Of a DNA stretch of 61,957 nucleotides, positions 42,424-51,590 are shown one piece after another. Source of the DNA: Planctomycetales bacterium (GTDB taxonomy: Bacteria > Planctomycetota > Planctomycetia > Pirellulales > S012-138); contig WFOE01000107.1 in NCBI GenBank assembly GCA_015488215.1, positions 1 to 61,957 of the forward strand. Direction: 5' to 3'. Each line of letters starts with the position of its first letter. Position 1 is the first letter of the stretch. The notes beneath the pieces are model-generated. The model was not told where the DNA came from and did not search any database. It saw nothing but the letters and a program-made list of their open reading frames with translations. The position numbers and the translations under genes were made by a program.

Positions 42424-42704
42424 CGTGGGGCTCCTGTACCACTGGCAAGGGGGAAAGCTCAGCACCGCTCCGGCTCGACGGCGGGAGCAAGCTCCGCTGG
42501 GGGAGATTTTGCCCACTCTGGCTAATCAACCATGCCCGCGCTGTTGCCAAAGGCAAACACAATTTGTCGATTTTCGGCAACAGGGTGCGTTTCGCCCGGG
42601 GGAAGAATCCCTACAATCGGCACCACAGTCCTTCGGTTGCTTGTTTGAGACGGTAAAGAACCCTCCTAAGTGGCTACTGAGCAGAAGCGGATGGCGTGGT
42701 CCCC

Positions 42705-42974
42705 GGCGAGCCGCCAGCTTTGCGAGCCGCCAGCTTTAGCTGGCGGAGGGCGGCACGGTGGTCGTCGACTGGGTGCTTCCGCACCGAAGGGCGTGGGGGC
42801 TTGGAGGCTTGGGGGCTTGAGGCGGAGCTTCCGCTCCGATGGGAGAATAAGCGCCAATTCCTGCAACCGGCGAGCCGGGGACTTTAGTTCCCGGAGGCAA
42901 ACAACGCGCAAGCGTTTTTCTCCGGACCTCCCCGGACTGAAGTCCGGGGCTCGCCATGAAGTCCGGGGCTCGCC
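42705..42974 (+). repeat. Modular intergenic repeat locus E
   Basis: Half + full REP 42705-42748; hairpins 42772 and 42824 around a GGGGCTTG octamer cassette; inverted REP doublet 42869-42896 / 42928-42955; half-REP duplicate 42957-42974. Confidence 0.93.
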
Positions 42975-43032
42975 GAAGCGCCGGCAGAGCCGTGTGCTGA
43001 TTTGCTCAAAAACTATTGCTCAGGTACTTGGC

Positions 43033-43962
43033 ATGACCTCTTGGGAACCGTTTGCCTGGCTGGCCGTGGCGTTCCTGGCGGCTGCCTGCGGCCTGACGCT
43101 TGCCGCCCGGGGCAAGCTCCGGGACACCACGTTGCTTTGGCCGTGGGTCTGGGCCGTACCGGTTCCGGCCGTTTGGGCCGGGGTGGTGTTGTGGGCCGTA
43201 ACGAACCGCCCTCCGGCCGAAGCCGTCTTGCCCTGGCGCTACGCCGCCGGGGTGTTTTCCCTGGCTCCGGCCATCAGTCTGCTGGGCGTGCGCCGCCCGC
43301 ATCATCGCGCCTGGCAGTGGGTCGTTCTGTCGCTGGTAGGCGTGTTGTTTCTCCCGCTGGGGCACTGGGCCTTGGGAGGCGGCTTTTCAGGGCTGCGGCT
43401 GCACTGGCTCTGGCAGAGTTTTTTGCTGGTGTTGCTGACTCTGGGATGGCTTCACTACGGATGGACGCCCCATGCTCCGGCGGCCCTGCTAGTCGTGGTG
43501 GCGCAAGGGCTGTGGCTGTTTCCGGTGTTGGGTCCGCGGTCCTGGCACGCCGCTGGGTGGTTGGACCACCTGGGCGGGATGGCTCTGGCTTCGCTATTGC
43601 TAGGTGCGGCCGTGGCGTGGAGCTGGCTGCGAACCGGGCGAAGTGCGGGCAGGTCCTGCTCCTCGTCCGGCGTCCCTGGCCTTCTTGGCGGCGTTGAACG
43701 GTTGCTTTGTGATTTTCGCTTGTGGTTTGGCGATTTCTGGTTCCAGCGGTTACGCTGGCAGGTGATGTTGGCCGCTCAACGCGCCGGCTGGCCCGTGACG
43801 ATTACTCCCACGGGCCGTTTGATTGTGGAACGCACGGCGGCCGAGTCGGGGGGATGGGAGCAAGCTTTGCAAACCGGCGTCGAACAGTTCCTCAGGCGGT
43901 TCGTCGGCCGAGAGTGGATCCAGCGACGCGTTTCCCCGCACGAGAACCAGGCGCCCCGATGA
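43033..43962 (+). CDS. Hypothetical polytopic membrane protein
   Basis: 7-8 hydrophobic segments; LLGVRRPHHRAWQWVVLSL; ATGA overlap with the phosphatase gene. Confidence 0.7.
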   Translation: MTSWEPFAWLAVAFLAAACGLTLAARGKLRDTTLLWPWVWAVPVPAVWAGVVLWAVTNRPPAEAVLPWRYAAGVFSLAPAISLLGVRRPHHRAWQWVVLSLVGVLFLPLGHWALGGGFSGLRLHWLWQSFLLVLLTLGWLHYGWTPHAPAALLVVVAQGLWLFPVLGPRSWHAAGWLDHLGGMALASLLLGAAVAWSWLRTGRSAGRSCSSSGVPGLLGGVERLLCDFRLWFGDFWFQRLRWQVMLAAQRAGWPVTITPTGRLIVERTAAESGGWEQALQTGVEQFLRRFVGREWIQRRVSPHENQAPR

Positions 43963-45269
43963 CCCAACCCCAACTGCTTGTCCCCGGCGATCTGGAGCTG
44001 CTGCACCGCCAGCGCCAGGCCCTGCAACGCTTGTTGGAACTGACCGGCACGCTGGCCCACCAGGTCCACCTGGACCAGACGCTGGAGAGCATCACGCAAC
44101 TGGCCTGCCAGGCGCTGGATTGCGAACGGGCCACGCTCTACCAGTACGATCCGGACCGGCAGGAGCTGGTCAGCCGGGCCGCCACGGAGCTGGAAATCCC
44201 GGAAATCCGCCACCGCCTGGGCGAAGGCATCTCCGGCTACGTGGCCCAGACCCGCCAGGTACTGCACGTGCCCGATGTGCATCGCGACCCTCGCTGGAGC
44301 GACCAGGTAGACCGCCGCACCGGGTTTCAGACCCGGTGTGTGCTAGCCGCCCCGATTGTCTCGCCCCGGGGCCAGTTGCTGGGCGTGTTGCAGGTGTTGA
44401 ACAAGCGAGGCTGCTCCTTCGAGCCGTTCGATGAGCAGTTGATTACCGCCTTCTGCCAGCACGCGGCCACGGCGTTAGAGCGGGCCCAGATGATCCAGGA
44501 AATGCGGCGTCAGGAAGCCGTGCAAGCCTCGCTGGAAGTGGCTCGCACGGTGCAGCGCTCGTTCATGCCCAAGCAACTCCCCCGCCTGCCCGGTTACGAG
44601 CTGGTCTATTGGTGGTATCCCCACCAGCACGTGGGCGGTGATTATCTGGACATCATCCCCTTGTCGGAAGAAAAAACGCTGCTGGTCATGGCCGACGTAA
44701 GCGGGCATGGGCTGGGACCGGCCCTGTTGATGGCTTCGGTTCGGGCGGCGCTTCGGGCTCTGGTAACCCAACACCACCGGCCGGACGAGCTGCTTATGCT
44801 ACTGAACCGCTCGCTGGCGGCCGACTTGCAAGATGGTCGTTTCGTCACCATGGTATTGGCCGTGTTGGACGTGCGAACCAACCAGGTGGAGTTTGCCAAC
44901 GCCGGGCACGGACCGGCGCTGCACTACCGGGCTGCCGAAGACCGTTTCGACGTGCTCGAAGCGACCGGATTGCCCCTGGGTGTGATGGAGGACGTCCCCT
45001 ACGAGACAGGTCCCCCGTGCCACATGGCCCCCGGCGACTTGCTGCTGCTTTGTACCGACGGGATCGTCGAAGCCCAAAACACCCAGGGCAAGGAGTTCAA
45101 ACTCGCCGGGCTCAAGCAGCTCATTCGCCAGACGGCTCCCCAGGGCGTCCGGGCCGTGGTGGACCAGATTGCAGAGCGGATGCGGGACTACTTCGTGGAC
45201 GAACAGCCGCAGGACGACCTGACCGTGCTGGCCCTCGGCCGTCTGGCGGATGCGGCTGGTGGGCCGTAG
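43959..45269 (+). CDS. GAF + SpoIIE/RsbU PP2C-type phosphatase
   Basis: GAF (GEGISGYVA..DRRTGFQTRCVLAAPI..QVLNK); VGGDYLD, ADVSGHG, NAGH, TDGIVE, QDDLT. Confidence 0.93.
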   Translation: MTQPQLLVPGDLELLHRQRQALQRLLELTGTLAHQVHLDQTLESITQLACQALDCERATLYQYDPDRQELVSRAATELEIPEIRHRLGEGISGYVAQTRQVLHVPDVHRDPRWSDQVDRRTGFQTRCVLAAPIVSPRGQLLGVLQVLNKRGCSFEPFDEQLITAFCQHAATALERAQMIQEMRRQEAVQASLEVARTVQRSFMPKQLPRLPGYELVYWWYPHQHVGGDYLDIIPLSEEKTLLVMADVSGHGLGPALLMASVRAALRALVTQHHRPDELLMLLNRSLAADLQDGRFVTMVLAVLDVRTNQVEFANAGHGPALHYRAAEDRFDVLEATGLPLGVMEDVPYETGPPCHMAPGDLLLLCTDGIVEAQNTQGKEFKLAGLKQLIRQTAPQGVRAVVDQIAERMRDYFVDEQPQDDLTVLALGRLADAAGGP

Positions 45270-45309
45270 CAACCGGCCGGTCCGGCCCTCTGCTGAAGAA
45301 AGACTTGCC

Positions 45310-47043
45310 ATGAACCAATCCAACCGCGTTGACGAAGAACGCCAACTGTTGCTCCAGGCCCAGCAACGCGGCCCGTTGGCCACGCTTGCCGCCTGGGTGC
45401 GTCTTTCCGGCCCGGGGTGGCTGCAAAGCGCGATTACTCTGGGGGGCGGCTCGCTGGCCAGCAGTCTTTACCTGGGCGTGCTGGCCGGCGTGGGCCTGCT
45501 GTGGCTGCAACCGCTGGCGATGGCCTTGGGCATCGTCATGCTGGGGGCCATCGGCTACGTGACGCTCTCCACGGGACAGCGACCGTTCCGGGCCATCAAC
45601 CAATATGTAAACCCGGTGCTGGGCTGGAGCTGGGCCCTGGCCTCCCTGGCGGCCAGCATGGTCTGGTGCCTGCCGCAGTTTTCGCTGGCCACCGGCGTGT
45701 TGCAACAGAACCTGGCCCCAGGGCTGCTGGGACCCGAGGGCCCCCTGGGCGATACGGCCGCCAAGGGACTCATCGCCGCCGTAATCCTGGTGGTGACGGT
45801 GGCCATCACCTGGAGCTACGATTCGGGCCGCTGGGGCATCCGGCTCTACGAGCTGGTGCTCAAGCTGATGGTGGGCCTGATTGTGGTCTGCTTCGTGGGC
45901 GTGGTTTGGGTGCTCCGCAGCCAGTTGGACTGGGGAGAGATTGGGGCCGGGTTTATCCCCGACCTGCGCCGCATCTTCCAACCGGCCCCCGCCTTGCAGC
46001 CTTTGCTGGACCAGATTGCCGAACCGGGCCGAAGCTACTGGGTGCGGCAGATTGTCGCGGCCGGACGCGATACGCTGGTCAGCGCCGCAGCCACGGCCGT
46101 GGGAATCAACATGACGTTTCTGTTCCCTTACTCGCTCCTGCGCCGCGGCTGGACGCGAGAGTTCCGCGGCCTGGCCATCTTCGACCTGGCCACGGGGATG
46201 TTCATCCCCTTTGTGCTGGCCACCAGTTGCGTCATCATTGCCGCGGCCGCCCGATTCCACGGACAGCCGGTCCCAGGACTGGTGGCCGAAGACCGCACCG
46301 CGCCAGGCCGCAAGCCTTCCCCGGCCGAGCAGCGGGAGTATCGCTCGCTGCTGCTGGGCCGCTTGGCCCAGGACCTGCCCGAGGAAGAACTGGCCCGGTT
46401 GAAGCAAAACCCCGCTGCTCTGGAGCAGCGGCTGCGCCAGCTTCCGCTGGCTGAACGCCGCCTGGCCGCCACGCTGGTGAAACGGGACGCCTACGCCCTG
46501 GCCCAATCGCTGGCCGAGCTGGTCGGGCGGCAGGGGGCGCACTGGATTTTCGGGCTGGGGGTGCTGGGGATGACCCTCTCCACGATTACGCTGCTGATGC
46601 TCATCTCCGGGTTTGTCGTCTGCGAGATGTTCGATCTGCCCCAGGGCGGCTGGTCGCACCGGCTCGGCTCGCTGTTGGCGGGCGTGGGTGCGTTGGGGCC
46701 GTTTATCTGGGGCAAGGCGTCGTTTTACCTGGCAGTGCCGACTTCGGTGTTCGGTTTCATCTTGTTGCCGATTGCGTACCTGACGTTTTTCTTTCTGATG
46801 AACCAACCTCGGCTGCTGGGAGACGACATGCCCCGGGGATTCCGCCGCCTGGTGTGGAACCTGCTCATGGGCGTGGCCGCCACGGTAGCCACGGTGGCCA
46901 GCGTAACGATGGTCTGGGTCAAAGCGGGTCGGTGGGGGATTGCGGCCGTGGTGGGGCTGGTCCTGCTGGCCCTGGTGGTGCAGGTGGCCAGGCGAGGCCG
47001 CCCGATTCCGCCCCCTGCGGCCCAGGAAGAAACCTCCTCGTAG
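45310..47043 (+). CDS. NRAMP-like divalent metal cation transporter
   Basis: SGPGWLQSAITLGGGS, AVGINMTFLFPY; about 11-12 TMs. Confidence 0.8.
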   Translation: MNQSNRVDEERQLLLQAQQRGPLATLAAWVRLSGPGWLQSAITLGGGSLASSLYLGVLAGVGLLWLQPLAMALGIVMLGAIGYVTLSTGQRPFRAINQYVNPVLGWSWALASLAASMVWCLPQFSLATGVLQQNLAPGLLGPEGPLGDTAAKGLIAAVILVVTVAITWSYDSGRWGIRLYELVLKLMVGLIVVCFVGVVWVLRSQLDWGEIGAGFIPDLRRIFQPAPALQPLLDQIAEPGRSYWVRQIVAAGRDTLVSAAATAVGINMTFLFPYSLLRRGWTREFRGLAIFDLATGMFIPFVLATSCVIIAAAARFHGQPVPGLVAEDRTAPGRKPSPAEQREYRSLLLGRLAQDLPEEELARLKQNPAALEQRLRQLPLAERRLAATLVKRDAYALAQSLAELVGRQGAHWIFGLGVLGMTLSTITLLMLISGFVVCEMFDLPQGGWSHRLGSLLAGVGALGPFIWGKASFYLAVPTSVFGFILLPIAYLTFFFLMNQPRLLGDDMPRGFRRLVWNLLMGVAATVATVASVTMVWVKAGRWGIAAVVGLVLLALVVQVARRGRPIPPPAAQEETSS

Positions 47044-47077
47044 CCGTTTCCCGTGCCTGGTCGTCGAAGGTGCTGCC

Positions 47078-47878
47078 ATGCAACTTGTTCCCGTGGCCGA
47101 TACGCAACTGGCCGTGCTCCAGCAAGGAGAAGGTCCCCCGGTGCTGCTGGTGCACGGGTTTCCGCTGGACCATTCCATGTGGAAGTACCAAATCGAACAT
47201 CTGGCTCGTACCCATCGGGTCATCGCCCCGGACTTGCGCGGGCTGGGGCAAAGTCCCGTGGCCGGATCGCCCGTGACGATGGAACGCTTTGCCGACGATT
47301 TGGCCTTGCTGCTTGAGGCCCTGGGGGTGCAGCAGCCCGTGCTTTACTTGGGGCTTTCTATGGGCGGCTATATCGCCTGGGAGATGCTGCGCCGCCACCG
47401 GCAGCGACTGCGCGGGCTGGTGCTTTGCGACACCAAAGCCCAGGCCGACACGCCCGAAGCAGCCCAGGCACGCCGCCAGATGGCCGAAACAATCCTCCGC
47501 CAAGGGATGCAGCCGCTAGAGCAAGCGATGCGGCAAAAGCTCTGGGCCCCCCACAGCACCACCCGGCGCGATGAGGACCTGGAACATGTGCAGCAGGTTA
47601 TCGCCCGGACCAATCCCCGAGGAGCCGCCGCGGCCCTGCTGGGCATGGCCCAACGAGCCGACGCCACGGAGTTGCTCCCCCGGATCGACTTGCCGGTGCT
47701 GGTCGTCTGCGGGGAGCAGGACGTGCTTTCCCCGCCGGAACAGATGGAAGCGATGGCCCGGGCCATTCCCGGTGCCCACTTTGCGCTGATTCCTCAGGCT
47801 GGCCACATGGCCCCGCTGGAAAACCCTGCAGAGGTCAACGCCCGGTTGGACCGCTTCGTGCAGTCGCTAGATAACTGA
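47078..47878 (+). CDS. Alpha/beta hydrolase (3-oxoadipate enol-lactonase-like)
   Basis: LVHGFP, DLRGLG, GLSMGG nucleophile, GEQD, AGHMAPLE. Confidence 0.92.
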   Translation: MQLVPVADTQLAVLQQGEGPPVLLVHGFPLDHSMWKYQIEHLARTHRVIAPDLRGLGQSPVAGSPVTMERFADDLALLLEALGVQQPVLYLGLSMGGYIAWEMLRRHRQRLRGLVLCDTKAQADTPEAAQARRQMAETILRQGMQPLEQAMRQKLWAPHSTTRRDEDLEHVQQVIARTNPRGAAAALLGMAQRADATELLPRIDLPVLVVCGEQDVLSPPEQMEAMARAIPGAHFALIPQAGHMAPLENPAEVNARLDRFVQSLDN

Positions 47879-48004
47879 CCGCCGAAATACCACTGCCACA
47901 GAGACAATCCGGTTGGCATCCGGGGGCGGATGGAAAACAATGACTTGCCGGAACCCTTTACCGGCATCGCCGCCAGCCGGACGAACCCGTTTGAAGGAAC
48001 TCCG

Positions 48005-48835
48005 ATGATCCCGCTTTACGACAACATCCCCTCGCGCACTACGCCGTGGGTCAACTACCTGATTGTGGCGCTGACCACCCTGGTGTTCGGCTTGCAATTG
48101 CTGGACCAGTACAACGACAACCGCTGGCAACTGGTCGAACGGTTCGGCATGGTGCCGCAGCGGGTGTTGCACCCGGGCACGACCGTGGTGATGGATGTGC
48201 CGCAAGTGGTCGCCACGCCCCTGGGGCCGCGGGTGGTACGGGTGCAGAAGGTCATCCCGCCAGCGGCGGTGCCGGAGTGGCTGACTCTGCTAACCTGCAT
48301 CTTTTTGCACGGGGGGTGGATGCACTTTCTGGGCAATATGTGGTTTCTCTACATCTTCGGGGACAACGTAGAAGACCGCCTGGGCCACGCTGGGTTTTTG
48401 ATCTTCTACCTGGCAAGCGGCGTGTTGGCCAGCGCGGCCCATCTGGCAGCCAATCCGGATTCGCCGGTACCCACCATCGGCGCCAGCGGAGCAATCGCCG
48501 GGGTGATGGGAGCCTATTTCATCTTTTATCCCAAGGCCCAGGTCGTCGCCCTGATTCCGTTGTTTTTCATCTTCTATTCGGTGGTGCTGCCGGCGCCGGT
48601 GTTTTTGGGCTTTTGGTTCTTCATTCAGTTCTTTCAAGGGATTGGTTCGATTACCGCGGGCCAAAGCGGCGGTGTGGCCTGGTGGGCCCATATTGGCGGG
48701 TTCGTCGTGGGGATGCTGGTGGCCCGCTCGCTCATCCCCACCCGGCTGACTCGTCCGCCGGTAACAGAGCGCCGCCCCGGAACCGAACGCATCGGTATCT
48801 ACCGCTACCGCCCGCGGTATCCCATGGGCCCATAG
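48005..48835 (+). CDS. Rhomboid family intramembrane serine protease
   Basis: MIPLYDNIP, FLHGGWMHFLGNM, GDNVED, IGASG, WAHIGG. Confidence 0.95.
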   Translation: MIPLYDNIPSRTTPWVNYLIVALTTLVFGLQLLDQYNDNRWQLVERFGMVPQRVLHPGTTVVMDVPQVVATPLGPRVVRVQKVIPPAAVPEWLTLLTCIFLHGGWMHFLGNMWFLYIFGDNVEDRLGHAGFLIFYLASGVLASAAHLAANPDSPVPTIGASGAIAGVMGAYFIFYPKAQVVALIPLFFIFYSVVLPAPVFLGFWFFIQFFQGIGSITAGQSGGVAWWAHIGGFVVGMLVARSLIPTRLTRPPVTERRPGTERIGIYRYRPRYPMGP

Positions 48836-48888
48836 GAAGTCAACCGGTAGAGTCTTTCAGCGCCGGCGGACGCTGATGTTCCGCACCT

Positions 48889-49236
48889 AGCGAGCCCCGG
48901 ACTTCAGTCCGGGGAGAGCCGATTGAAAGAAAAGGCTTTTTCTTGCGGTGGTGCGGAAGCACCAATCGCCGACGGCCGTGCCGTCCTCCGCCAGCTAAAG
49001 CTGGCGGCTCGCCGTTTGCGAAAATCAGCGATTGTTCTCGCATTGGTGCGGAAGCGCCTCGCTCAAGACCCAAGACGCAAGACCCAAGACCTGTAGAGCA
49101 AAAGCTCCCGCGCAACAGCGCACGGCGCAAGCCGCAAGCCGATTCCCGCCCAGCGAGCCCCGGACTTCAGTCCGGGGAGACAAGAAGAAACGCTTTTGGT
49201 AAGTTTTTCTCCGGGAGCTGAAGCTCCCGGCTCGCC
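48889..49236 (-). repeat. Modular intergenic repeat locus F, between convergent genes
   Basis: REPs at 48889(+), 48986(-), 49152(+) and 49209(-); hairpins 48950, 49045 and 49095; CAAGAC(C/G) heptamers 49061-49091; GCGCAAG heptamers 49109-49140. Confidence 0.93.
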
Positions 49237-49276
49237 GGTTTGACACGTCGGGGCGGTCGGTCCCCCGTGACCGAGG

Positions 49277-49825
49277 CTACTTTTTCGGCGGGCGATAGGC
49301 CACGAGGCGCTGGGGGTTGGTTTCCAGCGTGGGTCCCCCGATCAACTCGATGCAGTACGGTATGGCCGGAAACACCGCATCGAGACACTCGGCAATCGCC
49401 CGCGGTTGGCCCGGCAGGTTCACAATCAGTGTGTTGCCTCGGGTGCCGGCCGTCTGGCGGGAGAGGATGGCCGTGGGCACTTTTTCCAGCGAGACTTTGC
49501 GCATCAGCTCGCCGAAGCCCGGCAACAGCTTTTCGCAAACCGCTTCGGTCGCCTCGGGCGTGATGTCCCGGGGAGCAGGTCCCGTGCCGCCCGTGGTAAC
49601 CACCAGCGCACAGCGGTGCTGGTCGCACAGTTCCACCAGCGTTTGTTCCAGCACAGGCCGCTCGTCGGGGACGATTCGCCGCAGGGGTTCCCAGGGGGTG
49701 AGCAGCACCTGTTGCAGGTACTCCACGATGGCCGGGCCGCTGCGGTCTTCGTACTGGCCCTCGCTGGCCCGATCCGAAGCGGTCACAATCCCAATCCGTA
49801 CCGTGGTGGAACTATCCTGGTTCAT
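49277..49825 (-). CDS. mog: Molybdopterin adenylyltransferase
   Basis: IGIVTASDRAS.GQYEDRSG, TTGGTGPAPRDITPEAT, LPGFGELMR, AILSRQTAG, NLPGQP, AIPYC. Confidence 0.96.
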   Translation of the reverse strand: MNQDSSTTVRIGIVTASDRASEGQYEDRSGPAIVEYLQQVLLTPWEPLRRIVPDERPVLEQTLVELCDQHRCALVVTTGGTGPAPRDITPEATEAVCEKLLPGFGELMRKVSLEKVPTAILSRQTAGTRGNTLIVNLPGQPRAIAECLDAVFPAIPYCIELIGGPTLETNPQRLVAYRPPKK

Positions 49826-49939
49826 CTAGGGCCGTCCGAAACACGAGAGGGAACCACGATTCTCTGAAACCCATCTCTGAAACCCACGCTGCTCATTGTG
49901 TCCCTGTCGGGGCAAAGCAACAAGCCTGCAGCGGAGAAA

Positions 49940-50264
49940 GGGCTTGGGGGAGTAAGGGGATGAAGCCGTGGGGACGTGGAGGGGGTGCTTCCGCTCCGGG
50001 GCGAGAATCGGCTTGCGGCTTGCGCCGTGCGCCTTGCGCGGTGCTTCCGCACCAGCGGGAAAAACGCTCGCACTCGTGCTCGTACTCGTAATCGTAATCG
50101 GCAGCTCGTTAACGGCAATCGCGAATCGGCAACCGGCGAGCCGCCGACTTGGAGAGGTCTTGCGTCTTGGGTCGTGTGTCTTGAGCAGGTGCTTCCGCAC
50201 CGATGCGAGAAGAAAGAATCGCCGATTCTTGCACTCGGCGAGCCGGAAGTTTCACTGCCCAGAG
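49940..50264 (+). repeat. Modular intergenic repeat locus G (contains all four tandem cassettes)
   Basis: Octamer cassette; hairpin 49984; GCTTGCG cassette 50010; hairpin 50040; hexamers 50067-50101; half-REP 50135-50150; GCGTCTT cassette 50156; hairpin 50188; degenerate REP 50237-50264. Confidence 0.92.
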
Positions 50265-50278
50265 ATAGGGGAGAGCCG

Positions 50279-51220
50279 TCAACTGCCCGAGGCGGTGCGG
50301 CTCGAATGCGGATGGGCCGCCTGGTAGGCGCGGAGCAACTGGGCCGTGGAGACGTGCGTATAAATCTGTGTGGTGGCCAGGCTCTTGTGGCCCAGCAGTT
50401 CCTGCACGCTGCGGATGTCCGCTCCGGCATCCAGCAGATGCGTAGCGAAGCTGTGCCGCAGCGTATGGGGCGAGGTACGCCGGTCCAGTCCGGTGATTTT
50501 GAGGTACTTTTCCAGCATCCGGGCCACGCTGCGGGTGGTGAGCCGCCGGCCAAAGCGATTGACAAACACCGGGGCAGCGGGTCCCTGGGGCACGTCCGGG
50601 GCCAGCGTGCGCACCTTCAGGTAATCCCGCAGGGCCTGCTGGGCGTAGGAACCCAAAGGAGCCAAGCGTTCGCGGCGTCCCTTGCCGCGCACGCGAAGCA
50701 ACGAACCGGCGAAGTCCAGGTCGCCGTCGTTCAGTCCGACCACTTCGCTCACGCGCAAGCCCGCCGAATACATCACTTCCAGGATGGCCCGATCCCGGAG
50801 TCCCAGCGGCGTGTCGGTCGGAGGAGCTTCCAGCAGTCGGGCCACCTCCTCGGTGGAGAGGAAGTGGGGCAGTTTGCGCTGCGGCCGGGGATTGCGCAGC
50901 GCCTTGGCCGGGTTCGTGCGGCACCAGCCTTGCAGAATCGCGTAGCGGAAGAAGCTACGCACCGCGGCCAATCGCCGGGCGATGGTCGAGCGAGCGTAGT
51001 GTTGCTCGTGCAACTGGCCCAGGTAGCCGCGCAAGTCCACCGCCGTAATCTGATCCACCGCGGGCTCCTGACCGAATTGCTGGGTAAGGTAGTCCAGCAG
51101 ATGGGTCAGGTCTTCGCGATAGCTTTTCACCGTCAATTGGGAAGCGTTCCGCTGGGCGGCCAGAAACTGCAAAAACCGCCCTGTGGCTTCTTGCAGCGCA
51201 GGGGCACTTGCCGTGGACAT
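50279..51220 (-). CDS. xerC: Tyrosine recombinase XerC
   Basis: TVKSYREDL, RRLAAVRSFF, RDRAILE.MYSAGLRVSE, GKGRRER, HTLRHSFATHLL, LLGH, TQIYTH catalytic residues. Confidence 0.88.
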   Translation of the reverse strand: MSTASAPALQEATGRFLQFLAAQRNASQLTVKSYREDLTHLLDYLTQQFGQEPAVDQITAVDLRGYLGQLHEQHYARSTIARRLAAVRSFFRYAILQGWCRTNPAKALRNPRPQRKLPHFLSTEEVARLLEAPPTDTPLGLRDRAILEVMYSAGLRVSEVVGLNDGDLDFAGSLLRVRGKGRRERLAPLGSYAQQALRDYLKVRTLAPDVPQGPAAPVFVNRFGRRLTTRSVARMLEKYLKITGLDRRTSPHTLRHSFATHLLDAGADIRSVQELLGHKSLATTQIYTHVSTAQLLRAYQAAHPHSSRTASGS

Positions 51221-51251
51221 GGCCCGGACTCCCCAGGGGGCACGGGCCCGC

Positions 51252-51497
51252 TTAGAGCAGCTCGTCTTCGGGCGGGAGCACGGCCTTGATGCGCGAAGGG
51301 GGCGCAGCGGGCTTGGGCTCGCTGCGGCGAATCTTCTGGCTCAGCACCGCGGCGTCGTACCAGGTGAGACTCAGTTCCGGGTTGGACGCATAGCGGCCCA
51401 GCACCCGCAGCACTTCCCGGCGGTTCTCGTCGTTGTAGAGAAAGATGTAGCGTTCCTTCCCTTTGACCAGGGCCAGGACGTTGATGTCTTGTTGCAC
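51252..51497 (-). CDS. Small hypothetical protein (81 aa)
   Basis: GGAGG RBS before the GTG; DINVLALVKGKERYIFLY..LGRYASNPELSLTWYDAAVLSQKIR. Confidence 0.8.
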   Translation of the reverse strand: MQQDINVLALVKGKERYIFLYNDENRREVLRVLGRYASNPELSLTWYDAAVLSQKIRRSEPKPAAPPSRIKAVLPPEDELL

Positions 51498-51590
51498 CGT
51501 GGGAATCCTCCATCCTGGAAAACCGGCACCTGCTTGGCAGCGGACGGGCCGTGTCGCTTCCTTGCGCCGGCCGGGCCGCCCTATGGGTGC

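Noticed and set aside
50279-51220. Tyrosine recombinase as an integrase of a mobile element or the mobilizer of the repeats
   Set aside because: Length and motifs fit chromosomal XerC, there is no att site, tRNA or cargo boundary, and repeats are no more tied to it than to other genes.
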